From: Burkholderiaceae bacterium
Lineage (GTDB): Bacteria > Pseudomonadota > Gammaproteobacteria > Burkholderiales > Burkholderiaceae_C
Length of the DNA: 27,472 nucleotides
Assembly: GCA_039921765.1 (NCBI GenBank)
Contig: JBDSBD010000152.1
Location: 1-27,472, forward strand
Reading direction: 5' to 3'
Part shown: positions 24,901 to 27,472 of the stretch, piece after piece
Numbering within the stretch: the stretch's first letter is position 1
Layout: the number at the start of each line of letters is the position of its first letter
The notes under the pieces: model-generated
Database searches by the model: none
Told to the model about the DNA's origin: nothing
Seen by the model: only the letters and a program-made list of their open reading frames with translations
Program-made: the position numbers and the translations under genes

Positions 24901-25668
24901 ATGATTTCACCCGAACCGCGCTTTGCGAAGATTGCCGCGATGATCGGCGACCCGACCCGCGCGCGCATGCTTTCGGCGCTGATGGGCGGCCGGTACCTCG
25001 CGGCCGGCGAGCTTGCGGCTGCGGCGGGTGTGAGTGCGCCGACCGCGAGCACCCACATCGCCAAACTGCTCGACGCCGAGCTCGTGACGCTGCGCGTTCA
25101 GGGCCGCCACCGCTATGTGCGGCTTACCGACGCCGAGACTGCGCACGCGCTCGAGGCGCTGTCGCTCGTGGCCGAGCGCGGCGCCGGGGCGGCCAAGTGG
25201 GAGCAGGGTGCCTACAAGCCCCTGAAAGCGGCGCGCACCTGCTACAGCCACCTCGCCGGCGAACTCGGCGTGGCGCTGTTCGAGGGCTTGCTGGCGCGCC
25301 GTACGCTGGTGGCGGATGCGGGCCACCTTGTCCTGAGCGAGGCCGGGCGTGACGAGCTGCAGCGCCTCGGTATCCAGGTTCCGGCGCCGACCTCGCCCAA
25401 CAGCGCACGGCGGTTCGCGTACGCCTGCCTGGACTGGTCCGAGCGCCGCGACCACCTCGCCGGCGGTCTGGCGGTGGCGCTGCTCGAGCATTCGCTGGCG
25501 CAGGGCTGGTTGCGCCGCGCAAGCGGTTCGCGCGCGCTGACCCTCACGCCCACGGGCGCGAAAGCGCTGGCGCCGTGGATTGCCGCGCCGACGCACCACG
25601 TGGCGCACCCAGCGGCACCGCAGTCGCGTGGCGCGGCCATGGCACGAGAGGACGCGGCGCAGCGCTGA
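24901..25668 (+). CDS. ArsR/SmtB-family winged-helix regulator with C-terminal extension
   Basis: IGDPTRARMLSALM, AGELAAAAGVSAPTASTHIAKL, QGRHRY; C-terminal ARTCYSHLAG and CLDWSERRDHLAG. Confidence 0.88.
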   Translation: MISPEPRFAKIAAMIGDPTRARMLSALMGGRYLAAGELAAAAGVSAPTASTHIAKLLDAELVTLRVQGRHRYVRLTDAETAHALEALSLVAERGAGAAKWEQGAYKPLKAARTCYSHLAGELGVALFEGLLARRTLVADAGHLVLSEAGRDELQRLGIQVPAPTSPNSARRFAYACLDWSERRDHLAGGLAVALLEHSLAQGWLRRASGSRALTLTPTGAKALAPWIAAPTHHVAHPAAPQSRGAAMAREDAAQR

Positions 25669-25787
25669 GTCTGAAACCGGGACGCGCATCGGTGTGGCAG
25701 GCATCGGGCGGCGGCAACCCCGAAACCCTGACCTGGAAGGCGCAAGCGCGACGTTGCGTCACGGGACCGGCGCCACCACCGCAGGAC

Positions 25788-26498
25788 TCAACTCGCGAGC
25801 CAGGCCTCGTAGCCCTTGCGGCGTAGATCGCAGGCCGGGCACAGACCGCAGCCATAGCCCCAGGCATGGCGATGCACCCGATCGCCAAGATAGCAGCTGT
25901 GGGTGTGCTCGACGATCAGGTCGATGAAGGGCTCGCCGCCGAGCTGCTCGGCGAGCGCCCAGATCTGCGCCTTGTCGAGCCACATCAGCGGCGTCTCGAG
26001 CGTCATCGGCGTGTCCAGCCCGAGGCTGATCGCGACCTGCAACGCGCGCAGGCTGTTGTCGCGGCAGTCCGGGTAGTCTGAAAAGTCGGTCTCGCACATG
26101 CCGCCGACCAGCACGCTCAAGCCGCGTCGATAGGCCACCGCCGCGGCGAAGTTGAAGAACAGCAGATTGCGACCGGGAATGAAGTGGTCGGGCAGGCCCT
26201 GCGCGTTCATCTCGATCGCGCGCGCGTCGGTCAGGGCGGTGTCCGAGATCTGGCCGAGCAGGGCCAGATCGAGCAGATGATCGTCACCGAGCCGGCCGGC
26301 CCAGCGCGGGAACCGGGTGTGCAGTGCGGCGCGCACGTGCAGCCGGCATTCGAGCTCGACGGCGTGGCGTTGGCCGCTGTCGAAGCCGATGGTCTCGACA
26401 TGGCTGTAGCGGTCGAGCGCCCAGGCCAGGCAGGCGGTGGAGTCCTGTCCGCCGGAGAACAGCACCAGCGCACGGCGTGGATCGATCCGGTCGGCCAT
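25788..26498 (-). CDS. queC: 7-cyano-7-deazaguanine synthase QueC
   Basis: [21 protein letters not shown] and Zn ligands SCY...CGLCPAC. Several conserved-motif substitutions (see findings). Confidence 0.9.
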   Translation of the reverse strand: MADRIDPRRALVLFSGGQDSTACLAWALDRYSHVETIGFDSGQRHAVELECRLHVRAALHTRFPRWAGRLGDDHLLDLALLGQISDTALTDARAIEMNAQGLPDHFIPGRNLLFFNFAAAVAYRRGLSVLVGGMCETDFSDYPDCRDNSLRALQVAISLGLDTPMTLETPLMWLDKAQIWALAEQLGGEPFIDLIVEHTHSCYLGDRVHRHAWGYGCGLCPACDLRRKGYEAWLAS

Positions 26499-26616
26499 GC
26501 GCCGGCGCTGGGACTCATGCATGGTTCAGGGTGCCGGGCGCGCCGCGACGGGGTGTTCGGCGTCGGACCGCGCCCAAGCCGACCCGCACCCCCCTTGAGG
26601 GCCGGGGAGGGCCCGC

Positions 26617-27472
26617 TCAGCCACGCACTTCGCCCTGGCCGAGCACGATCCATTTCAGCGACGTGAGCCCCTCGATGCCGACCGGGCCGCGGGCATGGAG
26701 CTTGTCGGTGCTGATGCCGATCTCGGCACCCAGACCGTACTCGAAGCCGTCGGCGAAGCGCGTGCTCGCATTGACCATCACGCTGGCCGAATCGACCTCG
26801 CGCAGGAAGCGCATCGCGTGGGAGTGCGTTTCGGTCAGGATCGCGTCGGTGTGGTGCGAGCCGTAGCGGTTGATGTGCTCGATCGCCGCGTCCAGGCTGG
26901 CGACGACCTTCACGCTGATGATGGGCGCGAGGTATTCCTCGCTCCAGTCGGCCTCGGTGGCGGCGACGAGCCGGGTGCCCGGCACCGCGCGCAGCAGCGC
27001 GAGCGCGGGCGCGTCGCCGCGCATCTCGACGCCCTTGGCCGCGAAGATCGAGCCCAGGCGCGGCAGGAACGTGGGTGCGATGGCCTCGTGCACCAGCAAC
27101 GACTCGGCCGCGTTGCACGGGCTGACCTTCTGGGTCTTGGCGTTGTCGGTGACGCGCAGCGCAAGCTCCATCTCGGCGCTCGCGTCGACGTAGATGTGGC
27201 AGTTGCCGTCGAGGTGCTTGATCACCGGCACCTTGGCTTCGCGCGCGATGCGCTCGATCAGGCCCTTGCCGCCGCGCGGGATGATCAGGTCGACCGACTC
27301 GCGCGCGGCCAGCAGCAGGCCGACGGCGGCGCGGTCGGTCGTCGTCACCAGCTGCACCGCGTCGGGCGGCAGTCCGGCTTCGGCGAGGGCGGCCTGCACC
27401 ACCCGGGCCAAGGCGAGGTTGCTGTGGATGGCTTCGGAGCCACCGCGCAGGATCGCCGCGTTGCCGCTTTTG
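26617..27472 (-). CDS. proA: Gamma-glutamyl phosphate reductase, 5' end outside the window
   Basis: [72 protein letters not shown]. Confidence 0.97.
   Translation of the reverse strand, partial: KSGNAAILRGGSEAIHSNLALARVVQAALAEAGLPPDAVQLVTTTDRAAVGLLLAARESVDLIIPRGGKGLIERIAREAKVPVIKHLDGNCHIYVDASAEMELALRVTDNAKTQKVSPCNAAESLLVHEAIAPTFLPRLGSIFAAKGVEMRGDAPALALLRAVPGTRLVAATEADWSEEYLAPIISVKVVASLDAAIEHINRYGSHHTDAILTETHSHAMRFLREVDSASVMVNASTRFADGFEYGLGAEIGISTDKLHARGPVGIEGLTSLKWIVLGQGEVRG

Noticed and set aside
26499-26616. preQ1 riboswitch upstream of queC
   Set aside because: No recognisable preQ1 aptamer or A-rich tail; region is GC-rich.

Overview
High-GC bacterial chromosomal window, most likely Burkholderiales (inferred from gene content and composition). 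Left half (22-14276): a complete, co-regulated accessory catabolic cluster that I cannot match to a characterised pathway. It encodes a GntR/FCD regulator, a NitT/TauT-type ABC importer, a three-subunit xanthine-dehydrogenase-family molybdenum hydroxylase (not CO dehydrogenase) and an IclR regulator interrupted by an in-frame TAG. It also has a tightly coupled operon: opine-dehydrogenase-like enzyme, orphan dipicolinate synthase subunit A (SpoVFA/DpaA) homologue, cyclic amidohydrolase, degenerate PhyH-fold protein, 4-OT-family tautomerase and a RutB-like cysteine hydrolase-VOC fusion. Three promoters share the architecture TTGACA-N11-TGTGATCACA(A/C)T. Right half (14473-27472): a gltD-like/korA/korB 2-oxoacid oxidoreductase operon whose two intergenic gaps each hold a pair of inverted structured repeats. 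It is followed by a translationally coupled lemA / M48-tail-like / cytochrome c / flavocytochrome c sulfide dehydrogenase / AI-2E run, an ArsR-type regulator, a queC with unusual motif substitutions and a partial proA. No rRNA, tRNA, CRISPR array or transposase was seen. All family calls are from motif recognition by eye; no database search was run.
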